Shown: positions 38,712-48,129 of the stretch, in pieces
Numbering within the stretch: position 1 is the stretch's first letter
How the letters are laid out: each line of letters begins with the position of its first letter
From: an uncultured virus (IMG/VR IMGVR_UViG_3300038548_000322)
Lineage: Duplodnaviria > Heunggongvirae > Uroviricota > Caudoviricetes
Strand: one strand, 5' to 3'
DNA: 64,000 bases
IMG/VR virus record: IMGVR_UViG_3300038548_000322
Made by a program: the position numbers and the translations under genes
The notes under the pieces: generated by a model
What the model was told of the DNA's origin: nothing
Seen by the model: the letters and a program-made list of their open reading frames with translations, nothing else
Database searches by the model: none

Positions 38712-39335
38712 CTATTTTTTTATGCTGCCACCTCTCGCATAACCAACGCTGCCACCTTTGCACTTGACGTTCTTCGGCATGCCTGCCGCTGAAGCTTTCA
38801 AGGGTGCTTTCATCGGGCCTTTCTTCGGATGCAGGACTTTTTTGGCATGCTTAATAGCAGCATCAGCCAGTGCACCTCCACCGCTATCGACCCTGCCACC
38901 CTTATGCAATCCGGGCTTCAGTCGCCCAGTGCCACCGGCTTCTCGCTCGGCCTGATTGCGGGCATTCTTTCCGCGACGCGCAGGCTGAACACCATGGTCC
39001 ATGGTCTTCTGCTTGCCCTTCTTCATCTTGAACTCATCGGAGGTGTCGCCGCTCGCACCGTATTTCTTGACCGCACCACCGTACATGTAGCCCATCTTCG
39101 CGCCAGCCTTTTTCAGCTTGCCATGCATGCCACCTTTCATGTAGCCGCCCTTGGCACGAGGTGTCGTGATCGTCACGTCATCGACTTGGATCTCACGCTC
39201 CGGTCCCATGAAGCCGCCCGCCATTTTCTTCACTGCTCCGCCACGCTTGTAGCCTTTCACGCTACGGGAACCAGTGAAGCCCTGTTCCGCAGGAAATTCA
39301 AATTCCCCGTATGTTAATCCAACGTTCTTTTTCAT
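38712..39335 (-). CDS. Lys/Gly-rich basic protein with repeated xxGG motifs (possible -1 frameshift extension to 38599)
   Basis: YKRGG, YMKGG, YMYGG, YARGG; ends in A AAA AAA TAG. Confidence 0.7.
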   Translation of the reverse strand: MKKNVGLTYGEFEFPAEQGFTGSRSVKGYKRGGAVKKMAGGFMGPEREIQVDDVTITTPRAKGGYMKGGMHGKLKKAGAKMGYMYGGAVKKYGASGDTSDEFKMKKGKQKTMDHGVQPARRGKNARNQAEREAGGTGRLKPGLHKGGRVDSGGGALADAAIKHAKKVLHPKKGPMKAPLKASAAGMPKNVKCKGGSVGYARGGSIKK

Positions 39336-39339
39336 TTCA

Positions 39340-39618
39340 CTACTCCACTATGTCTGGATCTGCAGGCGGACGAGTGTCGTCAAACTCCTGCCCCTGTCCT
39401 ACGTTAATGATGTCGTTGAGCCACTGTCGCGTGCGTTCTTCCACCCAGTCCTCATCATCCAAACCGGCATCAGGTCGGGAAGGTGGGTTCGGGGGAACAA
39501 AGTCTGGACTGGTCGGGTCCGCTGTATGGTTCGGGTAAATGCGCAAGAAACCGTTCAACGCTTCGTCGTTGATATTCTTGTTCGCTTGAATAGTTAAGTT
39601 GATCGGTATCGCTGCCAT
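39340..39618 (-). CDS. hypothetical protein
   Basis: 92-aa ORF in the operon. Confidence 0.6.
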   Translation of the reverse strand: MAAIPINLTIQANKNINDEALNGFLRIYPNHTADPTSPDFVPPNPPSRPDAGLDDEDWVEERTRQWLNDIINVGQGQEFDDTRPPADPDIVE

Positions 39619-39627
39619 CTCAATTTC

Positions 39628-40383
39628 CTATGGTTCGTTATCCGCGTTGCCTTCCCAGATACCCGTAACTATGTTAGCTGGGATTGCAATCTCTCGAATC
39701 TCAACCTGCACAATGCCGCCATGTGTGGAGGTTGCCGGGTCAAGATTAGCATCCACCAGTTCCAGATTCTGGGTAACAGGGAGCCACTCGTTGAATCCGG
39801 ACCACCCAGTAAATACGGGAGAGAGGTTACCAACGTTTAGTGGTACGAGTTGCGCCTCAAAGAACGCTGCACTTGCACCACCATCGTCGATCCACTGTGT
39901 GCCAAATTGCACATCCTGCCAAAGCGGAGTCCCTGTATTTGCCTCAGCACTGAATTGGTATATGCCTCCGGGAGTAAGCCGCACACCTACATTAGATGCA
40001 TCCGTACCGAAAGACTGTACGTTCTCAAAGACGTTCGCCTGTAACGTCACGTTGCCCAGAGCTACAATTGGTGTTGCCAAGTCAGTATTGATTTCCCCGG
40101 TCCAGATTGCGAAGTCCACCGAAGCCGGGTTGATTGCTCCCGCAGACGGGTTGATCATCACAAACCGAATCGAGTCTGCGACGACCACGTTCGCTTGCAA
40201 TACCATGTCATCAAAAGAACTCGCATCACTCAGCGGAATCAATCGCACGGTTGTACCAAGCGGAGCTGCTCCTGCGGCTACCGCTACATCAATGGTCTGA
40301 GAGCTATTCGATAGGACAAGGGGAAAGTCCAGCGTCGTCGTATAGACCTGAATGTTCCTGAAGACTGTGTCGAATCTACGCAC
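39628..40383 (-). CDS. beta-rich structural protein
   Basis: Likely GTG start at 40383 behind GGAGG, overlapping the upstream gene end. Confidence 0.6.
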   Translation of the reverse strand: MRRFDTVFRNIQVYTTTLDFPLVLSNSSQTIDVAVAAGAAPLGTTVRLIPLSDASSFDDMVLQANVVVADSIRFVMINPSAGAINPASVDFAIWTGEINTDLATPIVALGNVTLQANVFENVQSFGTDASNVGVRLTPGGIYQFSAEANTGTPLWQDVQFGTQWIDDGGASAAFFEAQLVPLNVGNLSPVFTGWSGFNEWLPVTQNLELVDANLDPATSTHGGIVQVEIREIAIPANIVTGIWEGNADNEP

Positions 40384-42364
40384 CGGTACCCTCCAGCATT
40401 CTCCAGCGTGCCGTGCCGGTGTCGTCATACCAGAGCCAGACGCACTCGTCAGGTCCGATGATGTACGTCACACCGGTCGAAGTAATGAACCGGTTCGCTG
40501 CGAGACTAAGGACGTCTTGGTGGGTCAGTGAGATATTGAACGCGCCAGTGTTGTAAAGGCAGATCCTATCTCCGTCCTGAGCGAACCCAAAGGAAGAATC
40601 AATCCCGGTGATATTACGAGCAGCGTCGCTGTTGATCAAGTTCATCGTTCGCTGGTTGTTGTTCTGGCCCAGCTGGTAGTCGTTCTGATTCGCTACGATC
40701 TGCGCAGCAACGAGACTGCCATTGTTCATCACTCCGTCTATTCGAGCGCGTCCTGTGACCCGCAGCGCTTGAACACGAGTGGCATTCGCGCTCTGCATCG
40801 CGCTGACAAACAGCGTAGACGAATCGGCAACGGACCCACCGTTCAGGATAGTCGAGATGGAATTGATCTTGAATGCTTGGACGTCGCTCATGGCGAGTCC
40901 GTTGATGTCTATCGTGCCGCCCGCAGTCCAAAGGATGTCACTGTACTCACCCCCCACTGATGGTGATCGTAAGTTTGGCCCAGAGAAAATCGTAAACCAG
41001 TTAGCTGCGGGTAGCGTTGCGGTGTCACCGATACTGAGATGCGCAAAGTCCAGCTGTAAACCGTCAACAGCCGTGGGAGTGCGCAGAATAATTTCGCCTG
41101 CTGATGGACCTGTAAATTCGAGGTCTCCACCCGTAGCGAATTCGAAATTGAATGTTGCTCCGTCCCACCTGACCAAGACGTCGTTGCCGGTGCCAAACTC
41201 GATGCCAGCGTTGTCATCAAAGCGCATGCGGAAGGCAGAGTTAGTGAAATCTATCGGAGCTACGCCACTGTGGAATATAAAGTTGCCGGTGTTCATTGCG
41301 GAGTTGATGCCGCGCAGTGTCGTGATACCGGTGCCGGGGATGTTCGGGAAGTCGATCAGATTGAGCGTGCCTATCGTTGCACCACCACCCATGCCTCCCG
41401 GCGCTTTCGGTGCAAAGTAGTTGACCGTCGTAATTGAAACTGCACCACCGCTGTCATCGAAGATACACGTTGCGAAGTACGACTCGTGCGATGTCAGCAC
41501 GAACGTACCGGCAACGTTCGGACCCATGCGAATTTGCGAACGAACAGCGTTCTGCTGTGATCCCGTTCGTGCGCCACCTGCCGCGCTGACACGGAACTGC
41601 GGCTGGTTGATCATCGTGTAGATGGGACCAGTGTTGGCCCCATCACATGTGATCAATGTCGATTGAGCGAACAGCGACTGCGAGTTGAACAGGTTGCCCT
41701 GCTCAGTCATTATGACCTCGCCGTTCCAAGCAACAAAGTTCGGAGCACCATCATTGCCGATTGGTCCACCACCCGGTACGGCTGATGTTATGGAACTGCT
41801 CCAAGAGAAGAAGGCTAGAAGGCTTGGATCTGTGCGCGTAAAATCATCCGGATAGGCTTCAGTGGTGCCAAAGCCATCGACAACGCGCTGGGAGGAAAAG
41901 AGCCGTTGTGTAGCAATGCCGAAGTCCAGCTTGAGTGGGGCGACGTTGAAGAAATCGACTCCGGCATTGTCTTCGAGAATGAAAACGTCACCGATGGAGA
42001 TAGCAGCGTCACGGAACGTGATCGCTCCGTTCGCTGCAGTGACTTCGATCTTGGGTTGCGTGACACCCGTTGCATCGTAGGTGTCTTGCATGGTGCTCGA
42101 ACCACCGGGAATGGTGATCGTCTTGGTCGTGCCTGCGCCGGAAGCGGTAACGCCCGCACCGACGAAGTCAAGGGTGTCGGCTGGAACACCAACCGGCACA
42201 CCCTCGTCTTCAACGACGATGGTGCTCGCACCACCTCCGCCTGCTAACCAGTCATAGTCGTAGTTATCTGCGGTGAGCTTGGTAAGGACGAAACCGGGCG
42301 CACCGTCATCCGGAATCTGTATTGCTACGATCCCAGAGAAACCCAGACCTGACTGTGCGGGCAT
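40376..42364 (-). CDS. tail or head fibre-like protein
   Basis: GFVLTKLTADNYDYDW, EDEGVP module, C-terminal RNITGI...WRM domain. Confidence 0.7.
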   Translation of the reverse strand: MPAQSGLGFSGIVAIQIPDDGAPGFVLTKLTADNYDYDWLAGGGGASTIVVEDEGVPVGVPADTLDFVGAGVTASGAGTTKTITIPGGSSTMQDTYDATGVTQPKIEVTAANGAITFRDAAISIGDVFILEDNAGVDFFNVAPLKLDFGIATQRLFSSQRVVDGFGTTEAYPDDFTRTDPSLLAFFSWSSSITSAVPGGGPIGNDGAPNFVAWNGEVIMTEQGNLFNSQSLFAQSTLITCDGANTGPIYTMINQPQFRVSAAGGARTGSQQNAVRSQIRMGPNVAGTFVLTSHESYFATCIFDDSGGAVSITTVNYFAPKAPGGMGGGATIGTLNLIDFPNIPGTGITTLRGINSAMNTGNFIFHSGVAPIDFTNSAFRMRFDDNAGIEFGTGNDVLVRWDGATFNFEFATGGDLEFTGPSAGEIILRTPTAVDGLQLDFAHLSIGDTATLPAANWFTIFSGPNLRSPSVGGEYSDILWTAGGTIDINGLAMSDVQAFKINSISTILNGGSVADSSTLFVSAMQSANATRVQALRVTGRARIDGVMNNGSLVAAQIVANQNDYQLGQNNNQRTMNLINSDAARNITGIDSSFGFAQDGDRICLYNTGAFNISLTHQDVLSLAANRFITSTGVTYIIGPDECVWLWYDDTGTARWRMLEGTGA

Positions 42365-42372
42365 GGGTTACC

Positions 42373-42918
42373 TCAGAGAGCTGCGTTAATCGCGTCTCGC
42401 GCTGTAGCGAGTCTCGATCTATCTCCTGCAAGCTCTTGTTCTCGACTGGCGAGTTCATCAGCTCTCTGGTGGAGTGAGGTTTCGACATCACCCAACTCAT
42501 CCTCACGGATTTGAAGGGCTCTCTTTTCTGATTCCACGGCAGCCATGGCGTTCTCGGCACGGTTGAGCGCTAATTTTGCGCCCTCGTTCCGACTCGCTGC
42601 CTCGTCGGTCAGTCGGTTTGCTTCTTGTGTTGCTTTTTCTACGATCAATTCCGCTTGATTCTTGGCTTCGGACGCAATGTTCTCAGCCTGATCAAGTGCG
42701 GCATCGACTGCTCCCTGCGCAGCTGCTTGCTCACTTTCGATGGAAGCACGTATTTTAAGGATCTCACTGGCTGGACCAGCGAGGGCAATTTGCTCGCGTG
42801 CAGATTCCTCAGCGGCTTTGAGCTGGTCTATCTTGCTCTTCAGTCGCTGAGGATCAGCGAGCAGTTCCAGAGCATCAAAGGACTGCCCTGAGCTTGCGGC
42901 AATACCTGCTCCACTCAT
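42373..42918 (-). CDS. coiled-coil protein
   Basis: Ala/Glu-rich heptads. Confidence 0.65.
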   Translation of the reverse strand: MSGAGIAASSGQSFDALELLADPQRLKSKIDQLKAAEESAREQIALAGPASEILKIRASIESEQAAAQGAVDAALDQAENIASEAKNQAELIVEKATQEANRLTDEAASRNEGAKLALNRAENAMAAVESEKRALQIREDELGDVETSLHQRADELASREQELAGDRSRLATARDAINAAL

Positions 42919-43244
42919 GATACTGCTCCCGCTTGGATGACGTTAAAGTTAACCACGCCCGTGTTGGCAGCAATGTTGAGCCGACATGCCGTAGGCGGGA
43001 AGGCATAGTTGCCATCCGCGTTCGCAGTCTGCCCGACAAGCGTTGGATGTGGGAACCACACTGCTGTTGCTGGGTTGAAGGCTTCATCGAACACGTCATC
43101 AAACGTGTGCTCGACGGTGTACGTTGCCGTGGCACTGAGATCAACACTCAACCCGATGTTAGTCGGGTTGAGGTATTGGTCAATCGGTACAGGATCACCG
43201 ATCTCAGCACCACCAGCACTGAAGCTTTGTCGTACTGGTCTCAT
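42915..43244 (-). CDS. small structural protein
   Basis: YTVEHTFDD...WFPH...YAFPPTACRL...IQAG. Confidence 0.65.
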   Translation of the reverse strand: MRPVRQSFSAGGAEIGDPVPIDQYLNPTNIGLSVDLSATATYTVEHTFDDVFDEAFNPATAVWFPHPTLVGQTANADGNYAFPPTACRLNIAANTGVVNFNVIQAGAVS

Positions 43245-43255
43245 GTCAGCTCTCC

Positions 43256-43942
43256 TTAGCTACGCTCGGTCGCTGCGAAGAGGTAATCGAGATCCAGAGT
43301 TACGGCACCCGAAGCACCAGCGAAGACGCTGATCGTCGGAGCCAAAGGTCCAACCGGCAACGTTGATGCGTCGAGGAAGCCCAGAGGCGTACCGTTGGCA
43401 CCGTAGTAAATCCGATCTTGTCCATCCCAGTAGAACTCGACAGTGAACGACGTGGCAGCAGCAATCGTTGCGACGGCAAGCGCTACATCGATGTCTGCGC
43501 TACCAGATCGAAGCAAGACATCCAGATCGAAATCAGCTGTGTCCTTACGGAACTGGATACAGTTGTTGGGGACCAGAGCAGCACTATCGGCCAGACCGAC
43601 GTTGATGTTGACCTCGTCGGCAATGTCCACTTCAATCTTCGCGCGGAAGTAGGTCGGCCTCGGTTGGGTGATGTCGAAGTTATCCGGGAGTTTGATGAGC
43701 GACTCTTCGTTGGTCGCCACCGCTCCAGTTATAAGCCGCAGTACACCACCGTCAGCAGCTACCTGTGCAGTCGAACCGGTGCTAACGGCTGTCCACTGCG
43801 CAGCAATAAATTCATCGAAATCTTCCATGAAATTATGGAAGCGTGTGGGATCGAGTTGCGCCATCGAACCGAACAAAGCGGCGGCATTACGGTTGTTGAG
43901 ACCGTTCTCGAAATTGGTCATTTGAATATTAACTAAACCCAT
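43256..43942 (-). CDS. beta-sandwich structural protein
   Basis: FMEDFD...LDLDYLFAATER; directly after MCP. Confidence 0.65.
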   Translation of the reverse strand: MGLVNIQMTNFENGLNNRNAAALFGSMAQLDPTRFHNFMEDFDEFIAAQWTAVSTGSTAQVAADGGVLRLITGAVATNEESLIKLPDNFDITQPRPTYFRAKIEVDIADEVNINVGLADSAALVPNNCIQFRKDTADFDLDVLLRSGSADIDVALAVATIAAATSFTVEFYWDGQDRIYYGANGTPLGFLDASTLPVGPLAPTISVFAGASGAVTLDLDYLFAATERS

Positions 43943-43967
43943 CTTGGTTTCTCCAATTCACGTATGG

Positions 43968-44007
43968 AGAAGTTAGGGGGGACATTCGATAGCCCCCCCA
44001 CCCTTCT
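43968..44007 (-). terminator. hairpin after MCP (terminator or stability element)
   Basis: AGAAG..GGGGGG...CCCCCC..CTTCT stem; weak U-tract. Confidence 0.45.
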
Positions 44008-44024
44008 GCGTTGTTGGGACTTAC

Positions 44025-44954
44025 TTACAGTCCCGGTGTGCCGTAAACCGCACGCGGGTCCGTCCAGTCCGGAATGTAACGTTCCGTGGACTTGTACCGC
44101 ATGGAATCGGTCTCGAAATCACCTTCCATCGACTTCTCCAGCCCGCGACGTTTCATCAGCTGCAAGCCGCGAGGTGCATCCGTCTGGACCCACCATGCAG
44201 TTGTGCTCGTGATACGCGACAGATTGGCCTGACCTTGAGACAGGAGTCCCATCGACAAGATCGGGTTGATGTCGTTGTTAGCTGTGCCAGCTCGCAAGAC
44301 GCTCTTCAGCAGAACTTCTGCTTGGAACACCTGACTCGGACCAGTGACAATCTTGAGAGGCTGCAAACGAATCCGCTTGCCGTTATTGTCCACGGCATTA
44401 CGGATCTGAATGAGCATCTGCTCAAGCGACGTCTGCGATAAAGCTGCAGCTGTCGTCAACAGGTTCGAGAACACGCCACCAGCAGATCCACCCGGTGCTA
44501 TTGGGTGATTGGTAACGTTCAGCGCTACACCGTCACCACCCACGAACGCACCGTTGAAGGCACGATTGAGGATGTTGGCGCAAAGCGTCTCTTTCGTTTC
44601 GATCATAGACTGGGCGAGATGCTCAGAATAGATCCGACCGATACGAATGTGGTCGCCGTCTTCGACCAAGACTTTGGTAAGCGCGAACGCCAGACCGAAG
44701 ACCTTGTAGACGTAACGCTGAATGAACAGCACTCCGCCTGCGTCGAATGTCACCGGGGTGCCGTCAGGCATCTCCGGCGCAGCATTGAATCCGAAGAGGA
44801 CTGGCTCTTCATGGTACGAACGGGGGGTACCCTTTCGATCCGTGAAAACACCTTTCCATTCATCGGCGCGTTGGTTGTAAATTCCGTCAAATGTCTCGTT
44901 AAGGATCGGCTCAACAATTGATCGGAAGTCGGTACTTCTCATTGGGACTGCCAT
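44025..44954 (-). CDS. major capsid protein (Mu gpT-like, HK97 fold)
   Basis: EEPVLFGF, LAQSMIETKE...ANILNRAF, GGDGV...HP, SLEQMLI, DFETDSMRYK...DPRAVYG. Confidence 0.88.
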   Translation of the reverse strand: MAVPMRSTDFRSIVEPILNETFDGIYNQRADEWKGVFTDRKGTPRSYHEEPVLFGFNAAPEMPDGTPVTFDAGGVLFIQRYVYKVFGLAFALTKVLVEDGDHIRIGRIYSEHLAQSMIETKETLCANILNRAFNGAFVGGDGVALNVTNHPIAPGGSAGGVFSNLLTTAAALSQTSLEQMLIQIRNAVDNNGKRIRLQPLKIVTGPSQVFQAEVLLKSVLRAGTANNDINPILSMGLLSQGQANLSRITSTTAWWVQTDAPRGLQLMKRRGLEKSMEGDFETDSMRYKSTERYIPDWTDPRAVYGTPGL

Positions 44955-45001
44955 GAGTTATGACTCCAAAGTGATGACTACGTGCTCATCACTAATCAGG
45001 A

Positions 45002-45550
45002 TCAGATAGCCGCGCGAACTGCGACGTACTGATGATCAGAGAGCTGGACCTGAACGACGGTGAACAAGTCACCGATGATATTATCAGGGGCGGGGTTTAC
45101 ACCGATGACTCTGCAATCCGTACCTGCACCACCTGCGTGATCGAGCGCAACGTTTGACAGACCAGTCACGGTGTTACCACCAAGAGCAGTGAAGTCAAAC
45201 TGTGCGCCGATATCGATAAGCGGGAACGAGTCATTGGATTGTATCTCGTAAATGAGATACGGGTCTTCGGTGTAGTAGGCGACAATATCCGTGCCCACTT
45301 CATTCGCAATCCACCGATTGCCTACGCGACGACGACCGTCGGTACCAGTCCACTCAACTCCCATGAAGGAGCCGATGACCGGGTTACCGGGGGCAACGAG
45401 CCCCAAGGTGCCGTTAGCTAATTGCGCTACCGGTGAAAATTGAAAGATGTCCGTAGCGAAGCCCGACGCAATCGTTGTCTGCAGCTGGCGGATAATGCCA
45501 GATGGATGGAACGCCGGTTTCAACCCGAACGGAGATGCTACTGAACTCAT
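45002..45550 (-). CDS. capsid decoration/cement-like protein
   Basis: PFGLKP...GSFMGVEW...DP..IYEIQ; upstream of MCP. Confidence 0.65.
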   Translation of the reverse strand: MSSVASPFGLKPAFHPSGIIRQLQTTIASGFATDIFQFSPVAQLANGTLGLVAPGNPVIGSFMGVEWTGTDGRRRVGNRWIANEVGTDIVAYYTEDPYLIYEIQSNDSFPLIDIGAQFDFTALGGNTVTGLSNVALDHAGGAGTDCRVIGVNPAPDNIIGDLFTVVQVQLSDHQYVAVRAAI

Positions 45551-45570
45551 TAGAGAGCCCTCCGGTTAAG

Positions 45571-46155
45571 TTAATACTCATCCGGAACTTCCCCCGTCGC
45601 AAGTGCGAACGCAGGAGGTTCTGGAGCCACTCCCAACGCTGCTGTGCCATCTTCAAGTTCAAGGCTTACCACACCGCGTTTTGCTGCGGCGTTCATCTCT
45701 TGTTCCATCGCACGGATTTGGCTGCTCAACTTCTCTTCTTCGCTGAGAGGTTGCTCGTGATGATTGATGTACATGTACGATTCGTACAATTCGAGAGGAA
45801 GCTTGAAAGCAATCATCTCGTTGACACCAATACAGCCTTCCCACTCACCGGTCTTGAGGGACGCATGGTCCCAACCGGCTATGTCCGCAGCTCTAATCGG
45901 CTCGTAGCCCAGCCGAATGCGCGCATGAATCGGGTCGCGTGGATTTTCCGTGGTCAGCCAACAAACGTGGTAACCATTAATCTTCGGAATATCTGGCAAT
46001 GCAGATTGGAAATACTGCTGGCGAAACTCTTCCACCCGTTCATCGTCTGATAGCGTGCGGTCTTGCGTCACATTACGATCTTGCATGTGACGATCTGCGC
46101 GTACTCCCGATTGATCGGAATTCAGTCTCGTGTCACTTCTTCTTTTCGCTGCCAT
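45571..46155 (-). CDS. head-module hypothetical protein
   Basis: LPDIPKINGYHVCW...RLGYEP...IGVNEMIAFKLP. Confidence 0.65.
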   Translation of the reverse strand: MAAKRRSDTRLNSDQSGVRADRHMQDRNVTQDRTLSDDERVEEFRQQYFQSALPDIPKINGYHVCWLTTENPRDPIHARIRLGYEPIRAADIAGWDHASLKTGEWEGCIGVNEMIAFKLPLELYESYMYINHHEQPLSEEEKLSSQIRAMEQEMNAAAKRGVVSLELEDGTAALGVAPEPPAFALATGEVPDEY

Positions 46156-46157
46156 GA

Positions 46158-47162
46158 TTATGCTCCCTCCGCCGCAGCCTGTTTATCGTAATCGGAATAC
46201 GACTTCAGGTACTTGTTGCGGAGCACTGGATCGTCCCACACACCAGCCTCTTCCATCGCAGCACGACGGTCAGGACTGATATAAACCTCGTTCTTCCTCA
46301 ATGGACGTTCCCGTCCACCAGTTCGGAACTGCGGCCCGCGATTGCGAGGTTTCCCTTGTCCATTGGACTGGTCACCTGCGCCTTCGTCACCTTGGTCACC
46401 GGTTCGCGAATCGTACCGGTTGGGTAATGCTTCTGCGGAACGAGAACGTAGCTCGTCCCAATATTGTTTGGTCGTGGGATCGAATCCCTCTTGAACCAGT
46501 GATCGGTCAATCTGCAACACTTTCGCAGAGTCCTGATCACGTCCAGCTGGATCCCACCAGTCGTTATCGACCATAAACTGCTGTGCGTGCGCGACATGAC
46601 GCGGATCCAAATCTCTTGGCTCGACCTGTGGACGTCGCTGCGGCTGTGACAGGTAATTTTTCGCCTGTTCGAGGTCACGCATGTTGTCGCGAATAGTGTC
46701 GCGGTGGTCAAGTGCCTCAGCGAGGTTCTTACCGTCGTTTGCAGCAACTGCTTGTTCAATGACTTGATTGGCAAGAGCTAAGTCGCCTCTCGCCTTGGTG
46801 ATACCCTGATCGATGCTGTGAATTTCACTGCCAGCGATGCGGGCGTCAGTTTCCTGCTCAAACTTACTGAAGCGTTGCTCCAGATCTGCGTTTCGAGTGC
46901 GAAGGAAGTTGAGTTCGCGATCACTGCGGTCGCGTGCTTCCTTCTGACGTTGACGACGCGTTTTGTTTTCAGAGCGACGTCGAGTCGCCTTGTCTTCGGG
47001 GTCCTCTTGGTCGCCAGCTAGACGTTCGTCTTGCGGTTCACCACCGTCGTCATCATCCTCATGCTCGCCGTCATCGACTTGACCTTCCGGTATTTCGACG
47101 GCAACAAATTCTTCTTCGTGCTCATCGTCTTCGATTTCGACTTTTTCGTTTTCAGGGGACAT
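46158..47162 (-). CDS. scaffolding protein
   Basis: Acidic N-terminus, coiled coil, GFDPTTKQYWDEL; position before MCP. Confidence 0.65.
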   Translation of the reverse strand: MSPENEKVEIEDDEHEEEFVAVEIPEGQVDDGEHEDDDDGGEPQDERLAGDQEDPEDKATRRRSENKTRRQRQKEARDRSDRELNFLRTRNADLEQRFSKFEQETDARIAGSEIHSIDQGITKARGDLALANQVIEQAVAANDGKNLAEALDHRDTIRDNMRDLEQAKNYLSQPQRRPQVEPRDLDPRHVAHAQQFMVDNDWWDPAGRDQDSAKVLQIDRSLVQEGFDPTTKQYWDELRSRSAEALPNRYDSRTGDQGDEGAGDQSNGQGKPRNRGPQFRTGGRERPLRKNEVYISPDRRAAMEEAGVWDDPVLRNKYLKSYSDYDKQAAAEGA

Positions 47163-47172
47163 GCTTTACCTC

Positions 47173-47622
47173 CTACAGATAAGCGATGACGTCCATGGGA
47201 TTACAGGTGATCTGACCAATGAGATCGAGATCGTTGTACAAAACAAAACAGGCCTGCTCGGCACCCGTGCGTTGACGCACTTCGTTGGAGAGATCAACCA
47301 CCCATTTGTCGCCGCCATACTTCGGCACGCGTACAAATGCACCAACCTCACACCACTCGCCTTCCGGCCAAACTTCCAGAGAGTCGCGATTCTTAAAAGC
47401 GCCGGGTCCAAGCGCGATGACTTTAGCCACTTGAGTGTTCCAGAACTCAGTGTCTTGGGTTTCATCTAGAACAATGATCCCACCTTTCGTGACCTTGCGC
47501 GGTGAACGTTTCTGAATCAAAACTCTTGAGCCAAACGGTACCAGACCGGGATCGGCCTCCGGAAATGCTTGGTCGATTGAATCGTAATCCAAAGTTATTC
47601 GTGCGCTTGCTAACATTGTCAC
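47173..47622 (-). CDS. groES: GroES-like co-chaperonin
   Basis: PFGSRVLI...TKGGII...VIALGP...KYGG...NDLDLIG. Confidence 0.85.
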   Translation of the reverse strand: MTMLASARITLDYDSIDQAFPEADPGLVPFGSRVLIQKRSPRKVTKGGIIVLDETQDTEFWNTQVAKVIALGPGAFKNRDSLEVWPEGEWCEVGAFVRVPKYGGDKWVVDLSNEVRQRTGAEQACFVLYNDLDLIGQITCNPMDVIAYL

Positions 47623-47820
47623 TCAGTTCCTGTCTTCGTCTTCCCCAACAACTTCCTCGAACAGCTGCTCGGCGCGACACAGGCCTTGGTAAATGCCACT
47701 TGCTTCACCGTATCCGAAGGCTGATTTATCCTTCGGTGTCGCGAGCAATGCGATGCATCCGGCCTGATCCTCTTTCAGCCTCTGCAGAAACTTCTGCAGA
47801 ATTACGTTCTCGGCGGACAT
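47623..47820 (-). CDS. hypothetical protein
   Basis: YGEASGIYQGL; between portal and GroES. Confidence 0.65.
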   Translation of the reverse strand: MSAENVILQKFLQRLKEDQAGCIALLATPKDKSAFGYGEASGIYQGLCRAEQLFEEVVGEDEDRN

Positions 47821-47844
47821 AGTAGCTCTAACCTTATGTAAAGT

Positions 47845-48051
47845 CTAAGCTGGCGTCATGCGGGATGCCGGAACTTTGCCCCCTCGGGGACCTCCAGTGT
47901 CACCACTAGACGAGATTGTCCCGCCTTTACCCATGCCGCCTTTCAGGTTCACGTCGCCACCTTTGTTAGCCGTATTGGCTTTGCGCAAGGGTTTCCCAGT
48001 AGCCAGCAACTTGTGCTGGTTCATTGGTCCTGCTGGATATTTGTTTTTCAT
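47845..48051 (-). CDS. small basic Gly/Lys-rich protein
   Basis: AGGAGAGGAG RBS; KGG repeats. Confidence 0.6.
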   Translation of the reverse strand: MKNKYPAGPMNQHKLLATGKPLRKANTANKGGDVNLKGGMGKGGTISSSGDTGGPRGGKVPASRMTPA

Positions 48052-48129
48052 CGTCTCCTCTCCTGTTGAATTATGGAGTCCTTACGGAACAGTTCTGCCG
48101 GTCAAACATCTGCTTCTCGGATCAACTCG

